DNA from: Alphaproteobacteria bacterium
GTDB lineage: Bacteria; Pseudomonadota; Alphaproteobacteria; UBA828
Assembly: GCA_965214705.1 (NCBI GenBank)
Contig: OZ243972.1
Coordinates: forward strand, 1,088,001-1,152,000
DNA: 64,000 nucleotides
Direction of reading: 5' to 3'
Under the pieces are notes generated by a model. The model was not told the origin of the DNA, searched no databases, and was given only the letters and a program-made list of their open reading frames with translations. This document shows positions 11,735 through 21,157 of the stretch, one piece after another; the first letter of the stretch is position 1; every line of letters begins with the position of its first letter. Made by a program: the position numbers and the translations under genes.

Positions 11735-11809
11735 CTATCCTCCCGCCATCGTCACGGCCTTGTCGGCGTGGTCGGAGCTGTCATACGCCACGAGAATCGT
11801 CCTGAGCAT
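11735..11809 (-). pseudogene. Truncated universal stress protein (UspA) N-terminal remnant
   Basis: GGGAGAG RBS then MLRTILVAYDSSDHADKAVTMAGG-stop (24 aa), matching the Usp ILVAYDGS..A..A start. Confidence 0.7.
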
Positions 11810-12046
11810 CGATCGCTCTCCCATCTAGGCCACGGGTAACCAGCCCGGCGCACGTCCAGACCTGATGGCGTTCTATCTCTTCTCAACGCGTTGGGTTTGA
11901 GACAGATCAATACCCAAGATAACAAGCACGGCCATGCTGGCGCAGGCCCTGTGAACGCCGTGCAGGCCATAACCCTGACAAGAAATGCGGGCTAGACTGC
12001 TGCAAGACGTTTTCCTGTGCGCTCCACGACGGATCGAGGCCCCTCA

Positions 12047-13108
12047 ATGGTGAGTCAATACCGCATCGAAACCCTCTTCCTGTCGCAGGAGGATCTTCTG
12101 CGCGCCGGTTGCCTGGACATGGGGATGGCGATGGAGGCGGCCGAACAGGCCATGCTCGCCTACCAAGAGGGCAACATCATGTTCCCCGAGAAGATCGTGC
12201 AGATCTTCAACCAGGACACCCAGGCCCGCATCAACTGCCTGCCGGCGACGCTGCTGCCGGAGAAGATCTGCGGCGTGAAGTGGGTCTCCGTCTTTCCCGA
12301 GAACCCCGAGGTCCATGGCATACAGAACCTCTCGGCGGTCATGATCCTCTCCGAGATCGAGCACGGCTTCCCCCTTGCCCTGCTGGAGGGGACGCTCTGC
12401 TCCAACATGCGGGTCGGCACCATGGGCGGGATCGCCGCCAAGCACCTCGCCCGCAAGGATTCGCAGAGCATCGCGTTCATCGGCGCGGGCGAACAGGCCA
12501 AGATGCACCTGGTGGCGATGAAGAAGGCGGTGCCCGCGCTCGCCGAGTGCCGCGTCGCCGCGAAGTACGCGCACGAGGAAGAGCAATTCGTGCGCGAGAT
12601 GCAGCCGCTGTTCCCGGACCTCCTATTCGTCGTCACGGGGACGGACCTGCAGCAGGCGGCAGAGGGCGCCGATATCCTGGTCACCGCCACCAGCGCGCAA
12701 GCGCCCCTGCTCAAAGCGGCGTGGATGAAGCCCGGCGCGTTCTACAGCCACGTGGGCGGCTGGGAGGACGAGTACGAGGTTGCCCGCCAGTGCCAAAAGA
12801 TCGTGGTCGACGACTGGGAGACGGTGAAGCACCGGACCCAGACGCTGAGCCGGATGTACAAGGACGGTGCGTTGGCCGACGGCGACATCCACGCGAACCT
12901 CGTCGACATCGTGGCGGGCACCAAGAGCGGGAGGGAAAGCGCGAACGAGCGGACCTATTTCAACGCGGTCGGTCTCGCTTACGTCGACGTGGCGATCGCC
13001 TATGCGATGTACCGGCGCGCCGCGGAGGCCGGGGTGGGGACGCGCCTCGCCATCCAGGACAACATGATCTTCCAGCACGAAGAGCTGGCGAACTGGATCC
13101 GGATGTAG
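12047..13108 (+). CDS. Ornithine cyclodeaminase / mu-crystallin family protein
   Basis: GVKWVSVFPEN, NMRVG, FIGAGEQA, DILVTATS, NAVGLAYVDVA. Confidence 0.88.
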   Translation: MVSQYRIETLFLSQEDLLRAGCLDMGMAMEAAEQAMLAYQEGNIMFPEKIVQIFNQDTQARINCLPATLLPEKICGVKWVSVFPENPEVHGIQNLSAVMILSEIEHGFPLALLEGTLCSNMRVGTMGGIAAKHLARKDSQSIAFIGAGEQAKMHLVAMKKAVPALAECRVAAKYAHEEEQFVREMQPLFPDLLFVVTGTDLQQAAEGADILVTATSAQAPLLKAAWMKPGAFYSHVGGWEDEYEVARQCQKIVVDDWETVKHRTQTLSRMYKDGALADGDIHANLVDIVAGTKSGRESANERTYFNAVGLAYVDVAIAYAMYRRAAEAGVGTRLAIQDNMIFQHEELANWIRM

Positions 13109-13239
13109 TCCACGGGCGACGCGCCCAGCCGAGAGCGGATGCGGGCCACGCGGGCTTGCGGGACTCCTGATTTCGCGCGCAAGACTTTGTCGTACCGCGC
13201 GCGAGACCTTTCAGGCTCGCGCGACTCAGGCGTACGCGA

Positions 13240-14496
13240 CTACGTATTCATCGAGGCGAAGAATTCCTCGTTGGTCTTGGTCGTCTTGAGCTTGTCGACC
13301 AGGAACTCCATGGCATCGACCGTGCCCATGGGCGAGAGGATGCGGCGCAGCACCCACATCTTGGCGAGGGTCGCGCGGTCCACCAGCAGCTCCTCCTTGC
13401 GGGTGCCGGAGCGGGCGATGTCCATGCTGGGCCAAGTGCGCTTGTCGGCGAGCTTGCGGTCCAGAATGATCTCGGAGTTGCCGGTGCCCTTGAACTCCTC
13501 GAAAATCACCTCGTCCATGCGCGAGCCGGTGTCGATCAGCGCGGTCGCGATGATGGTGAGCGAGCCGCCGTGCTCGATGTTGCGGGCGGCACCGAAGAAG
13601 CGCTTGGGCCGCTGCAGCGCGTTGGCGTCCACGCCGCCGGTCAGCACCTTGCCGGAGGACGGCACTACTGTGTTGTAGGCGCGGGCGAGGCGAGTGATCG
13701 AATCCAGCAGGATCACCACGTCGCGCTTGTGCTCCACCAGCCGCTTGGCCTTCTCGATCACCATCTCCGCCACCTGGACGTGGCGCGAGGCCGGCTCGTC
13801 GAAGGTGGAGCTCACCACCTCGCCCTTGACCGAGCGGTCCATGTCAGTGACCTCCTCGGGCCGCTCGTCCACCAGCAGCACGATGAGATAGGCCTCGGGG
13901 TGGTTCTCCTCGATCGAGTGCGCGATGTTCTGCAGCATCATGGTCTTGCCGGTGCGCGGCGGGGCGACGATCAGCGCCCGCTGCCCTTTGCCGAGCGGCG
14001 CCACGATGTCGAGGATGCGGCTGGTGGTGTCCTTCTTCTTGGGGTCGGCGACCTCCATGCTGAAGCGCTGCTCGGGGTAGAGCGGCGTCAGGTTGTCGAA
14101 GTTGACCTTGTGTCGCAGGTTCTCCGGCGGGTCGAAGTTGATGTTGTTGAGCTTGAGCAGGGCGAAATAGCGCTCGCCATCGCGGGGCGCCCTGATCTGG
14201 CCCTCCAGCGTGTCGCCGGTGCGGAGCCCGAAGCGGCGGATCTGGCTCGGGCTCACGTAGATGTCGTCGGGGCCGGGCAGGTAGTTGGACTCCGGCGAGC
14301 GCAGGAAGCCGAACCCATCCTGCAGGGTCTCCAGCACGCCCGAGCCGAAGATCGCCTGATCGTTCTCGGCAAGCTGCCGGAGGATCGCGAACATCAGGTC
14401 CTGCCGACGCATCGAGTTCGCGTTCTCGATCTCGAGCTCTTCGGCATAATCGATCAGTTGAGTCGGGGTTTGGGTCTTGAGCTCTTGCAGATGCAT
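13240..14496 (-). CDS. rho: Transcription termination factor Rho
   Basis: [42 protein letters not shown]; 418 aa. Confidence 0.98.
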   Translation of the reverse strand: MHLQELKTQTPTQLIDYAEELEIENANSMRRQDLMFAILRQLAENDQAIFGSGVLETLQDGFGFLRSPESNYLPGPDDIYVSPSQIRRFGLRTGDTLEGQIRAPRDGERYFALLKLNNINFDPPENLRHKVNFDNLTPLYPEQRFSMEVADPKKKDTTSRILDIVAPLGKGQRALIVAPPRTGKTMMLQNIAHSIEENHPEAYLIVLLVDERPEEVTDMDRSVKGEVVSSTFDEPASRHVQVAEMVIEKAKRLVEHKRDVVILLDSITRLARAYNTVVPSSGKVLTGGVDANALQRPKRFFGAARNIEHGGSLTIIATALIDTGSRMDEVIFEEFKGTGNSEIILDRKLADKRTWPSMDIARSGTRKEELLVDRATLAKMWVLRRILSPMGTVDAMEFLVDKLKTTKTNEEFFASMNT

Positions 14497-14649
14497 GACG
14501 GGAGCTGCCGTTGTGGAGCGGAAACCGCACCGCCGGCCGGCGGCACGCTGAGGGCGCAAACCTAGTGAGAACGGCGTGCGGCTATTTTTCCGAGAGAATG
14601 CGCCGAAGACGGGCAGGGAAGCCCGCCCGCTGCGGCGGACGCGTGCATT

Positions 14650-14679
14650 AGCCTATCGGGTGCCGTTCGGCCGTGTCAA
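14650..14679 (-). promoter_or_regulatory. Candidate sigma70 promoter of rho
   Basis: TTGACA-18 nt-TAGGCT about 150 nt upstream of the rho start. Confidence 0.5.
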
Positions 14680-14709
14680 ACGAAGATTCGATGTCGCCAT
14701 TCCCGTTGC

Positions 14710-15813
14710 TCATAGCGCCGGGGGCCGCTTGAACTGTTTGGCGAGCGCGAGGCCCTGGCGCTGGTAGGAAGAGCCGATGCCGTGCCCGTAGAGCTCGGCA
14801 GGGCGTTCGGTCAGCGGCTCGAAGAGGAGGCGGCCGATGGTCTGGCCGTCCTCAATGACAAAGGGCACGTCGTGGGAGCGGACTTCGAGCACCGCGCGCG
14901 TGCCGCCGCCGCCGGCCTCGTCATGGCCGAAGCCGGGGTCGAAGAAGCCCGCATAGTGTGCGCGGAACTCGCCGACCAGCGTGTCGTAGGCCACCATCTC
15001 GGCCGCATGATCCGGCGGGATGCGCACGGATTCCTTCGAGGCCAGGATGTAGAAGTCGTCCGGGTTCAGGATCACCCCGCCGCCGGAGGGGCGCGCTATG
15101 GGCTCCCAGAAGTCGCCGGGCTCGTAGCGGCCGACCACGTCGATGTCGATCAGGTCGGTGTGGCGCTTCGCCTTCCAGCCGACGAGACCGCCGCCGTCGC
15201 CGGCGAGATCGACGGAGAGGGGCAGGCCGCCGGAGAAGCCCCCGCGCGCAACCTCGCCCTCGACCAGCCGTCGCTCCGCATGCAGACGCTCGAGCGCGCC
15301 TTCGGAATAGCCGGAGTCGCCCCGCTTGAAGCGAACCTGGTTGAGCCGGCTACCGGCGCGAACCACGATGCTGAAGGTGCGGGGCGACACCTCAGTGTAG
15401 AGCGGGCCCCGGTAGCCGGCCTGCACCCGGTCGAACTCGTGCGCCTCGTCGGCGATGAGGCGGGTGAAGATGTCGAGGCGCCCGGTAGAGCTCTTGGGGT
15501 TGGCGTGGGCGGCCACGTCGGGCGCGAGCGCCAGACGCTCCATCAGCGGCACGATGTAGACGCAGCCGCGCTCCAGCACGGCGCCGGGCGCGAGGTCGAT
15601 CTCGTGCATGCCGAGGCGCGCGATCTTCGCGCTCACGCTTTCGCGGCCCGGCAGGAAGCTCGCGCGCACGCGGTACGCCTTGGGCCCGAGCCGGAGATCG
15701 AGGCTCGCGGGCTGGATCTGCACCGCGCCGATGGGCTGGTCCGCCGAGACGCCGCCCTGCTCGATCGAGGCCGCGATGGCGGTGCTCGACAGGACCCCGG
15801 CTCGCTCGCTCAT
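14710..15813 (-). CDS. dcd: dCTP deaminase (long alphaproteobacterial type)
   Basis: QIQPASLDLRLG, NPKSSTGRLDIFTR, HYAGFFDPGFG, YQRQGLALAK. Confidence 0.9.
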   Translation of the reverse strand: MSERAGVLSSTAIAASIEQGGVSADQPIGAVQIQPASLDLRLGPKAYRVRASFLPGRESVSAKIARLGMHEIDLAPGAVLERGCVYIVPLMERLALAPDVAAHANPKSSTGRLDIFTRLIADEAHEFDRVQAGYRGPLYTEVSPRTFSIVVRAGSRLNQVRFKRGDSGYSEGALERLHAERRLVEGEVARGGFSGGLPLSVDLAGDGGGLVGWKAKRHTDLIDIDVVGRYEPGDFWEPIARPSGGGVILNPDDFYILASKESVRIPPDHAAEMVAYDTLVGEFRAHYAGFFDPGFGHDEAGGGGTRAVLEVRSHDVPFVIEDGQTIGRLLFEPLTERPAELYGHGIGSSYQRQGLALAKQFKRPPAL

Positions 15814-15832
15814 GGTTCGCTCCCAACCCGGC

Positions 15833-16276
15833 TCAGAAAGGCCTGACGATGACCATGATGACAATAGCGATCATGGCCAGCGTCGGCACCTCGTTCACCC
15901 TGCGATAGAAGCGGGCGCTGCGGTGGTTGCGGTCGGCGGCGAAGTCCCGGCGCCAGCGCGCAAGCAGCCCGTGGAAGGCCGCAAGCAGCACCACCAGGGC
16001 GAGCTTGACGTAGATCCAGATATCGCCCGACCAATCGACAACGCCGGGCTGGGCCAGCAGGGCGCCGCCGAAGCCAAAGCTCGCCACCATGGCCGGGTTG
16101 ACGATGATCCGGAGCAGGCGCCGCTCCATGACCTTGAGCGTCTCCGAGAGCTCGGAGCCCGGCTCGGCGTCGGCGTGATAGACGTAGAGGCGGGGCAAGT
16201 AGAGCATCCCCGCCATCCAGGCGATCACCGCGATCACATGCAGCGCCCTGAGCCACGTATAGAGATCGTCCGCCAT
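15833..16276 (-). CDS. hemJ: Protoporphyrinogen oxidase HemJ
   Basis: LHVIAVIAWMAGMLYLPRLYVYH, MERRL, NEVPT; TGATG coupling to hemH. Confidence 0.95.
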   Translation of the reverse strand: MADDLYTWLRALHVIAVIAWMAGMLYLPRLYVYHADAEPGSELSETLKVMERRLLRIIVNPAMVASFGFGGALLAQPGVVDWSGDIWIYVKLALVVLLAAFHGLLARWRRDFAADRNHRSARFYRRVNEVPTLAMIAIVIMVIVRPF

Positions 16277-17310
16277 CAGCGCGCCGCCAGGGGACAGCCG
16301 CGGTGGGCCGCGGGGCAGATGCGTCCGCCATCCCCGGAGTCGACGCCGGCATCGCGCTGCAGGGCGCGACGCACCAGCCCCGCAAGCCCTTCGATGAAGG
16401 CAGGATGGGTTCCGAGCGCCGGCACGCGGTGATAGGCGGGGACGCCGGCAGCGCGCGCGTGGTCGCGATAAGTGACGTCGAGCTCCACCAGGGTCTCGCT
16501 GTGCTCGGAGACGAAGGCGATGGGCACGACGACCACGGGCACGCGGTCGCGCCCGGCCCGGTCGAGCTCGTCGACGGTGGCGGGCTCCAACCAAGCGAGT
16601 GGTCCGACCTTGCTCTGGTAGCAGACCGTCCAATCCAGGTCGTCGTGGTCGAGGCGATGGGCGATGCGCCGCGCCGTCTCCTCGATCTGCCACTGGTAGG
16701 GATCGCCGCGCGCGACCACGCGCTTGGGTAGGCCGTGGGCCGAGAAGAGCACGCGCGGCGTGCCGGCCTCGGCCGCAGCCGCCAGCAAGGGTTCGATCAG
16801 CGCCGCGTGGGCCGCGATCAGCCCCTCGGCCTGCGGGTAGCAGCAGATGGCGTGCGTCGGTGCCGCGATGCCGGCAGTGCTGGCAGCCTTCCACCAGGCG
16901 TCAAGCGACGAGGCCACGGTGGTGGTGGAGAACTGCGGATAGAGCGGCAGCAGCACGATCCGATCCGGCCGGAAGGCGGCAACCTGTTGCGCCGCCGCCT
17001 CGCTCATCGGGTGCCAGTAGCGCATCGTAACAACCACCTCGACCACACCGAGATCACCGAGAGCAGCCTGCAACGCCGCCGCTTGCGCTTCGGTCTCTTC
17101 GAGCAGCGGCGAACGCCCGCCGATCGTGCGGTAGATTTCGCGGGCTTCGGGGCCACGACGCCTGGCAATCAGCCGCGCGAGCAACCGGCGCACAGGCCCT
17201 GGCGCACCAATGATCGCAGGGTCTCGAAACAGATTGCGCAGGAAGGGTTCGACAGCATCGAGAGAATCCGGCCCGCCCAAGTTCATGAGGACGACGGCGG
17301 TGCGGCTCAT
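16276..17310 (-). CDS. hemH: Ferrochelatase
   Basis: NLGGPDS, MRYWHP, LPLYPQFS, FSAHGLP, FVSEHSETLVELD. Confidence 0.96.
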   Translation of the reverse strand: MSRTAVVLMNLGGPDSLDAVEPFLRNLFRDPAIIGAPGPVRRLLARLIARRRGPEAREIYRTIGGRSPLLEETEAQAAALQAALGDLGVVEVVVTMRYWHPMSEAAAQQVAAFRPDRIVLLPLYPQFSTTTVASSLDAWWKAASTAGIAAPTHAICCYPQAEGLIAAHAALIEPLLAAAAEAGTPRVLFSAHGLPKRVVARGDPYQWQIEETARRIAHRLDHDDLDWTVCYQSKVGPLAWLEPATVDELDRAGRDRVPVVVVPIAFVSEHSETLVELDVTYRDHARAAGVPAYHRVPALGTHPAFIEGLAGLVRRALQRDAGVDSGDGGRICPAAHRGCPLAAR

Positions 17311-18365
17311 CGCCCGTTCCCGCCGGCCCACGCGTGCACGAAATCGCAGAGTTGAGCGACGTGCTCGGGCGGAGTTTGAGGCAGCACGCCCTCGCCGAGG
17401 TTGAACACGAAGGGCTCATGACCGAGCGCATCCAGAATGCGGCTGGCCGCTTTCCGCAGCGCGTCGCCGCCGGCCAGCAGCGCCACCGGATCGAGGTTGC
17501 CCTGAACCGTGCAATGCGGCTGCAGACGTGCCGCTGCCCAAACGGGCGGCACGGTGCTGTCGATGGAGATTGCGTCCACGCCGGTCTCTGCTGCAAAGCG
17601 CTGGCAGGCGATGCCCACGCCACGCGGATAGCCGATAATCGGCGCCGCCGGGTGCGCCGCCTTCACGTCCGCCACGATCATCTTCAGAGGCTCGATGCAC
17701 CAGCGGGTAAGCTCGCTCTCGGGCAAGGCTCCAGCCCAGCTGTCGAATATCTGAACCGCGTGGGCCCCGGCGTCGAGCTGGGCGATCAGGTGCGCCACCA
17801 CCGCCTGGCGCGCGGTCTCGATCAGCCGTCCGAAGCTCTCGGGATCACGATAGGCCCAGCCCTTCGTGGCGGCGAAATCCCGGCTCCTGCCGCCGCCGAC
17901 CATGTAGGTGGCAAGGGTCCAAGGCGCGCCAGCAAAGCCCAGCACCGTCGCGCCGGCAGGCGCCGCCGTCACGACCCGCTCCATCGCCTCGTAGACGGGC
18001 GCAAGATGACGCCTCTGGCGTTCCGCATCGAATTCGGGCAAAAGCCCGCCTTCTGGGATCGCGTCCAGGCGAGGTCCTTCTCCCTCCTCGAACCAGAGCA
18101 TCACGCCCAAGGCTTCAGCAACCACCAGGATATCCGAGAACAGGATAATCCCGTCGAGGGGGAAACGACGCACGGGCTGAAGAGTCGCCTCCGCCGCCCA
18201 AACCGGGTCGTAGCAGAGATCGAGGAAGGACCCGGCCTTCGCCCGCAACGCCCGGTACTCGGGGAGGTAGCGCCCCGCCTGGCGCATGAGCCAGAGCGGT
18301 GGCGGGTGTTGCGCCTCCCCTCGAAGCGCCGAGAGAAGCGGTCTGCTATCCGTATCCACGGTCAC
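17307..18365 (-). CDS. hemE: Uroporphyrinogen decarboxylase
   Basis: WLMRQAGRYLPEY, FSDIL, GFAGAPWTLATY, QGNLDP. Confidence 0.96.
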   Translation of the reverse strand: MTVDTDSRPLLSALRGEAQHPPPLWLMRQAGRYLPEYRALRAKAGSFLDLCYDPVWAAEATLQPVRRFPLDGIILFSDILVVAEALGVMLWFEEGEGPRLDAIPEGGLLPEFDAERQRRHLAPVYEAMERVVTAAPAGATVLGFAGAPWTLATYMVGGGRSRDFAATKGWAYRDPESFGRLIETARQAVVAHLIAQLDAGAHAVQIFDSWAGALPESELTRWCIEPLKMIVADVKAAHPAAPIIGYPRGVGIACQRFAAETGVDAISIDSTVPPVWAAARLQPHCTVQGNLDPVALLAGGDALRKAASRILDALGHEPFVFNLGEGVLPQTPPEHVAQLCDFVHAWAGGNGR

Positions 18366-18779
18366 GAGTCGGCTCTTGTCCCCGGCTTCGTCAGACTATC
18401 TTCATTAAATGACTCTTAAGTAAGAGTGGATGATGTTGTTGGTGTGGATGAGGGGATTGTGGCGTTCATCCCACGGGTCGGGTGAATGATCGCGCGGGTC
18501 GCGCTGTAGACGGGATCGACGTGAAAAAGCGATGAATGGCCAACGCAGCGGCACGTTTCAACGGTTGTGGAGAAACTAGCATAGTGTGGAAGGGCACCTG
18601 GCAGCACCGGTCATGAGAGAGTTATCCCCGTTTTGACGGTTTTGTGACAGGGATGATCGGATAAGCTGAGGATAGATTGGGGGTTGTCTGGCTGGGTGCC
18701 GTTGCCCACGGGTTCCCCACATGAAGGCGCTGAGAAGTCGTGCCGGTGCGGGCGCAGCGCGGAGGGTCGTAGCGGGTTC
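18366..18779. other. Chromosomal replication origin (oriC)
   Basis: hemE-ppsR divergent gap, the established alphaproteobacterial oriC position; DnaA-box-like TGTGGATGA 18443, TGTGGAGAA 18566, TTATCCCCG 18622, TGAGGATAG 18667, TTCCCCACA 18713; AT-rich 18398-18425; GANTC at 18366 and 18411. Confidence 0.85.
18405..18419. promoter_or_regulatory. CtrA-type box containing a CcrM (GANTC) site
   Basis: TTAA-ATGACTC-TTAA = TTAA-N7-TTAA with GACTC in the spacer. Confidence 0.65.
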
Positions 18780-19595
18780 ATGCGAAGGTTTCATCTGCAT
18801 CTGGTCTCGGACGCTACCGGCGAGACCTGTATCACCATAGCGCGCGCGGCGGCAGCGCAATTCCAGGGCGTGGATGCAGTCGAGCACCTGTGGTCGCTGG
18901 TGCGCACCGAGAGTCAGCTGCGGCAAGTTCTCGCCCACGTCGAGGCGGAGCCCGGCGTCGTGATGTTCACCCTCGTCGACCCGCAGCTTCAAGCCCTCCT
19001 GCACGAGGAATGCCGGCGTATCGAAGTTCCGTGCATCCCACTGCTCGACACGGCGATCACAGCGTTGAGCGGCTTCCTCGGCATCGAGAGCCGCAATCAG
19101 CCGGGTAGCCAACACGTCATGGACGAAGCCTATCTCAAGCGCATTGAGGCGATGAACTACGCGCTCGCCCACGACGACGGGCACTCGCCGACATCGCTGC
19201 GGGAGGCGGATATCGTGCTCGTCGGCGTATCGCGGACATCGAAGACACCGACCTGTTTCTATCTCGCCAATCGCGGCCTCAAGGCGGCTAACGTGCCGGT
19301 GGTGCCTGGTAGTCCGCTGCCGCCGGAGCTTGCAGCACCGCAGGGTGCGCTGGTGGTTGGCCTCACCTGTCACCCGGAGCAGCTGATCGATATCCGGCGA
19401 AGCCGCATGCGCATGATCGGGGATATCGGCGAGACCGCCTACGTAGACCCCCTTCAGGTCGAGGAGGAGGTGCGGCAGGCACGACGCTTGTACGCAGAGG
19501 CGGGATGGCCGGTGATCGACGTGACCCACCGCTCGATCGAAGAAACAGCCGCCGCGATTCTTCAGCTATACGACCGCCGCGCCCTCTCCCCCTGA
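18780..19595 (+). CDS. ppsR: Pyruvate, water/phosphate dikinase regulatory protein (kinase/pyrophosphorylase)
   Basis: HLHLVSDATGET, HDDG, GVSRTSKTPT, SIEETAA. Confidence 0.93.
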   Translation: MRRFHLHLVSDATGETCITIARAAAAQFQGVDAVEHLWSLVRTESQLRQVLAHVEAEPGVVMFTLVDPQLQALLHEECRRIEVPCIPLLDTAITALSGFLGIESRNQPGSQHVMDEAYLKRIEAMNYALAHDDGHSPTSLREADIVLVGVSRTSKTPTCFYLANRGLKAANVPVVPGSPLPPELAAPQGALVVGLTCHPEQLIDIRRSRMRMIGDIGETAYVDPLQVEEEVRQARRLYAEAGWPVIDVTHRSIEETAAAILQLYDRRALSP

Positions 19596-19667
19596 GCGGT
19601 TGGCGCGGCGCAGGAAGCGTATATTCTGCGGCGCAGTAAGAGCGAGCCGGGACAGGAAAGCGGACCT

Positions 19668-20309
19668 ATGGCGATGGCTGAGGCGGACCCAGCCTTGCAC
19701 GGAGAGGCCGGCGAACGGAATGTGGTGCTCGCCTCTCAGGCGGCGGTGCGGGCGGCGATGCTGCGGTCGGCAGGCGTCTCCTTCTCGGTCCAGCCGGCGC
19801 GGGTGGACGAGGGTGCGGTCAAGGAGGCCATGCGGGCCGAGGATCCCGAGGGCCACGGGACCGCACGGGCGCTCGCCGCTCTCAAGGCCCGCCGGGTCAG
19901 TACTGGTGTGCCAGGCGCCTTCGTCATCGGCGCGGATCAGCTCCTGGTCTGCGGCGACGAGTGGTTCGACAAGCCGGTGGATGTGGCCGATGCCAGGGGG
20001 CAGCTTCAGCGGTTGCGCGGACGGCGCCACACGCTGGTGACCGCGGTCTCCGTGGTCCGCGACGGGGCCGAGATCTGGGGCGACCTGGCGTGCCCGGCGT
20101 TGACCATGCGTCCTTTCTCCGACGCCTTTCTGGAGCGCTATCTGGAGCGTGCAGGCGACGGAATCCTTGCTTGCGTCGGGGGCTACGAGGCCGAGGGTCT
20201 GGGCGCGCAGCTGCTCGCGGAGATCGAAGGAGATTGGTTCGCGGTGCTGGGCCTGCCGCTGCTGCCACTGTTGGCGTTCCTCCGCGAGCACGGGCTGGTG
20301 GAGACATGA
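19668..20309 (+). CDS. maf: Maf-family nucleoside triphosphate pyrophosphatase
   Basis: VLASQAAVR, VIGADQ, KP, VLGLPLLPL. Confidence 0.92.
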   Translation: MAMAEADPALHGEAGERNVVLASQAAVRAAMLRSAGVSFSVQPARVDEGAVKEAMRAEDPEGHGTARALAALKARRVSTGVPGAFVIGADQLLVCGDEWFDKPVDVADARGQLQRLRGRRHTLVTAVSVVRDGAEIWGDLACPALTMRPFSDAFLERYLERAGDGILACVGGYEAEGLGAQLLAEIEGDWFAVLGLPLLPLLAFLREHGLVET

Positions 20310-21145
20310 TTCTCTCCGGCGCGGCGCGGCTGGCCGGGGTCATGGGCTGGCCGGTGGCGCATTCGCGCTCGCCGCGTATCCACGGTTACTGGCTCGAGGA
20401 GAAGGAGATCGACGGCGCCTACCTGCCACTCGCGGTCCGGCCCGAGAGGCTCGACGCGGCGCTCGCGGCGCTTCCTGCCCTGGGTTTTCGCGGGTGCAAC
20501 CTGACCGCCCCGCACAAGGAGGCTGCGCTCGCGCGCATGGATACGCTGTCGGAGACCGCGCGCCGGATCGGTGCGGTGAACACCGTGACGGTCGGGGACG
20601 ACGGGGCGCTGCACGGCGACAACACCGACGGCTATGGCTTTATCAGCCACCTGCGCCAGGAAGCGCCGGGCTGGGGGACTGGGGCGCCGGTGGCGGTGCT
20701 GGGCGCCGGCGGCGCGGCGCGGGCGGTGTTGGATGCTCTCTCTGCCGCGGGCGTTTCCGAAATCCGCCTGCTCAACCGTACGGGCGCGCGCGCGGCGGCG
20801 CTCGCGGAGGAGGCGGGCGAGACGGTGCATCCCCTGCCGTGGGACCGGCGGACCCACGCGTTGGCGGACTGCGGTTTGCTGGTCAACACCACACAGCTCG
20901 GTCAGGCGGGCAAGCCTGCGCTCGATCTCGCTCTCGACCGGCTGCCGGCCGATGCGGTGGTCTACGACCTGGTCTATGCGCCGTTGGAGACAGACCTGCT
21001 CAAGGCGGCGCGGGCGCGCGGGCATGTGGCGGTGGATGGGCTCGGCATGTTGATCCACCAAGCCCGGCCCGGCTTCGCCGCCTGGTTCGGGGCCGAGGCC
21101 GAGGCCACGGCGGCGCTCCGCTCATTTGCCGCCGAAGGGCTGTGA
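20306..21145 (+). CDS. aroE: Shikimate dehydrogenase
   Basis: GWPVAHSRSP, NLTAPHK, GAVNT, NTDG, GAGGAARA, DGLGMLIHQA. Confidence 0.95.
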   Translation: MILSGAARLAGVMGWPVAHSRSPRIHGYWLEEKEIDGAYLPLAVRPERLDAALAALPALGFRGCNLTAPHKEAALARMDTLSETARRIGAVNTVTVGDDGALHGDNTDGYGFISHLRQEAPGWGTGAPVAVLGAGGAARAVLDALSAAGVSEIRLLNRTGARAAALAEEAGETVHPLPWDRRTHALADCGLLVNTTQLGQAGKPALDLALDRLPADAVVYDLVYAPLETDLLKAARARGHVAVDGLGMLIHQARPGFAAWFGAEAEATAALRSFAAEGL

Positions 21146-21157
21146 CGGGGGCCGGCC

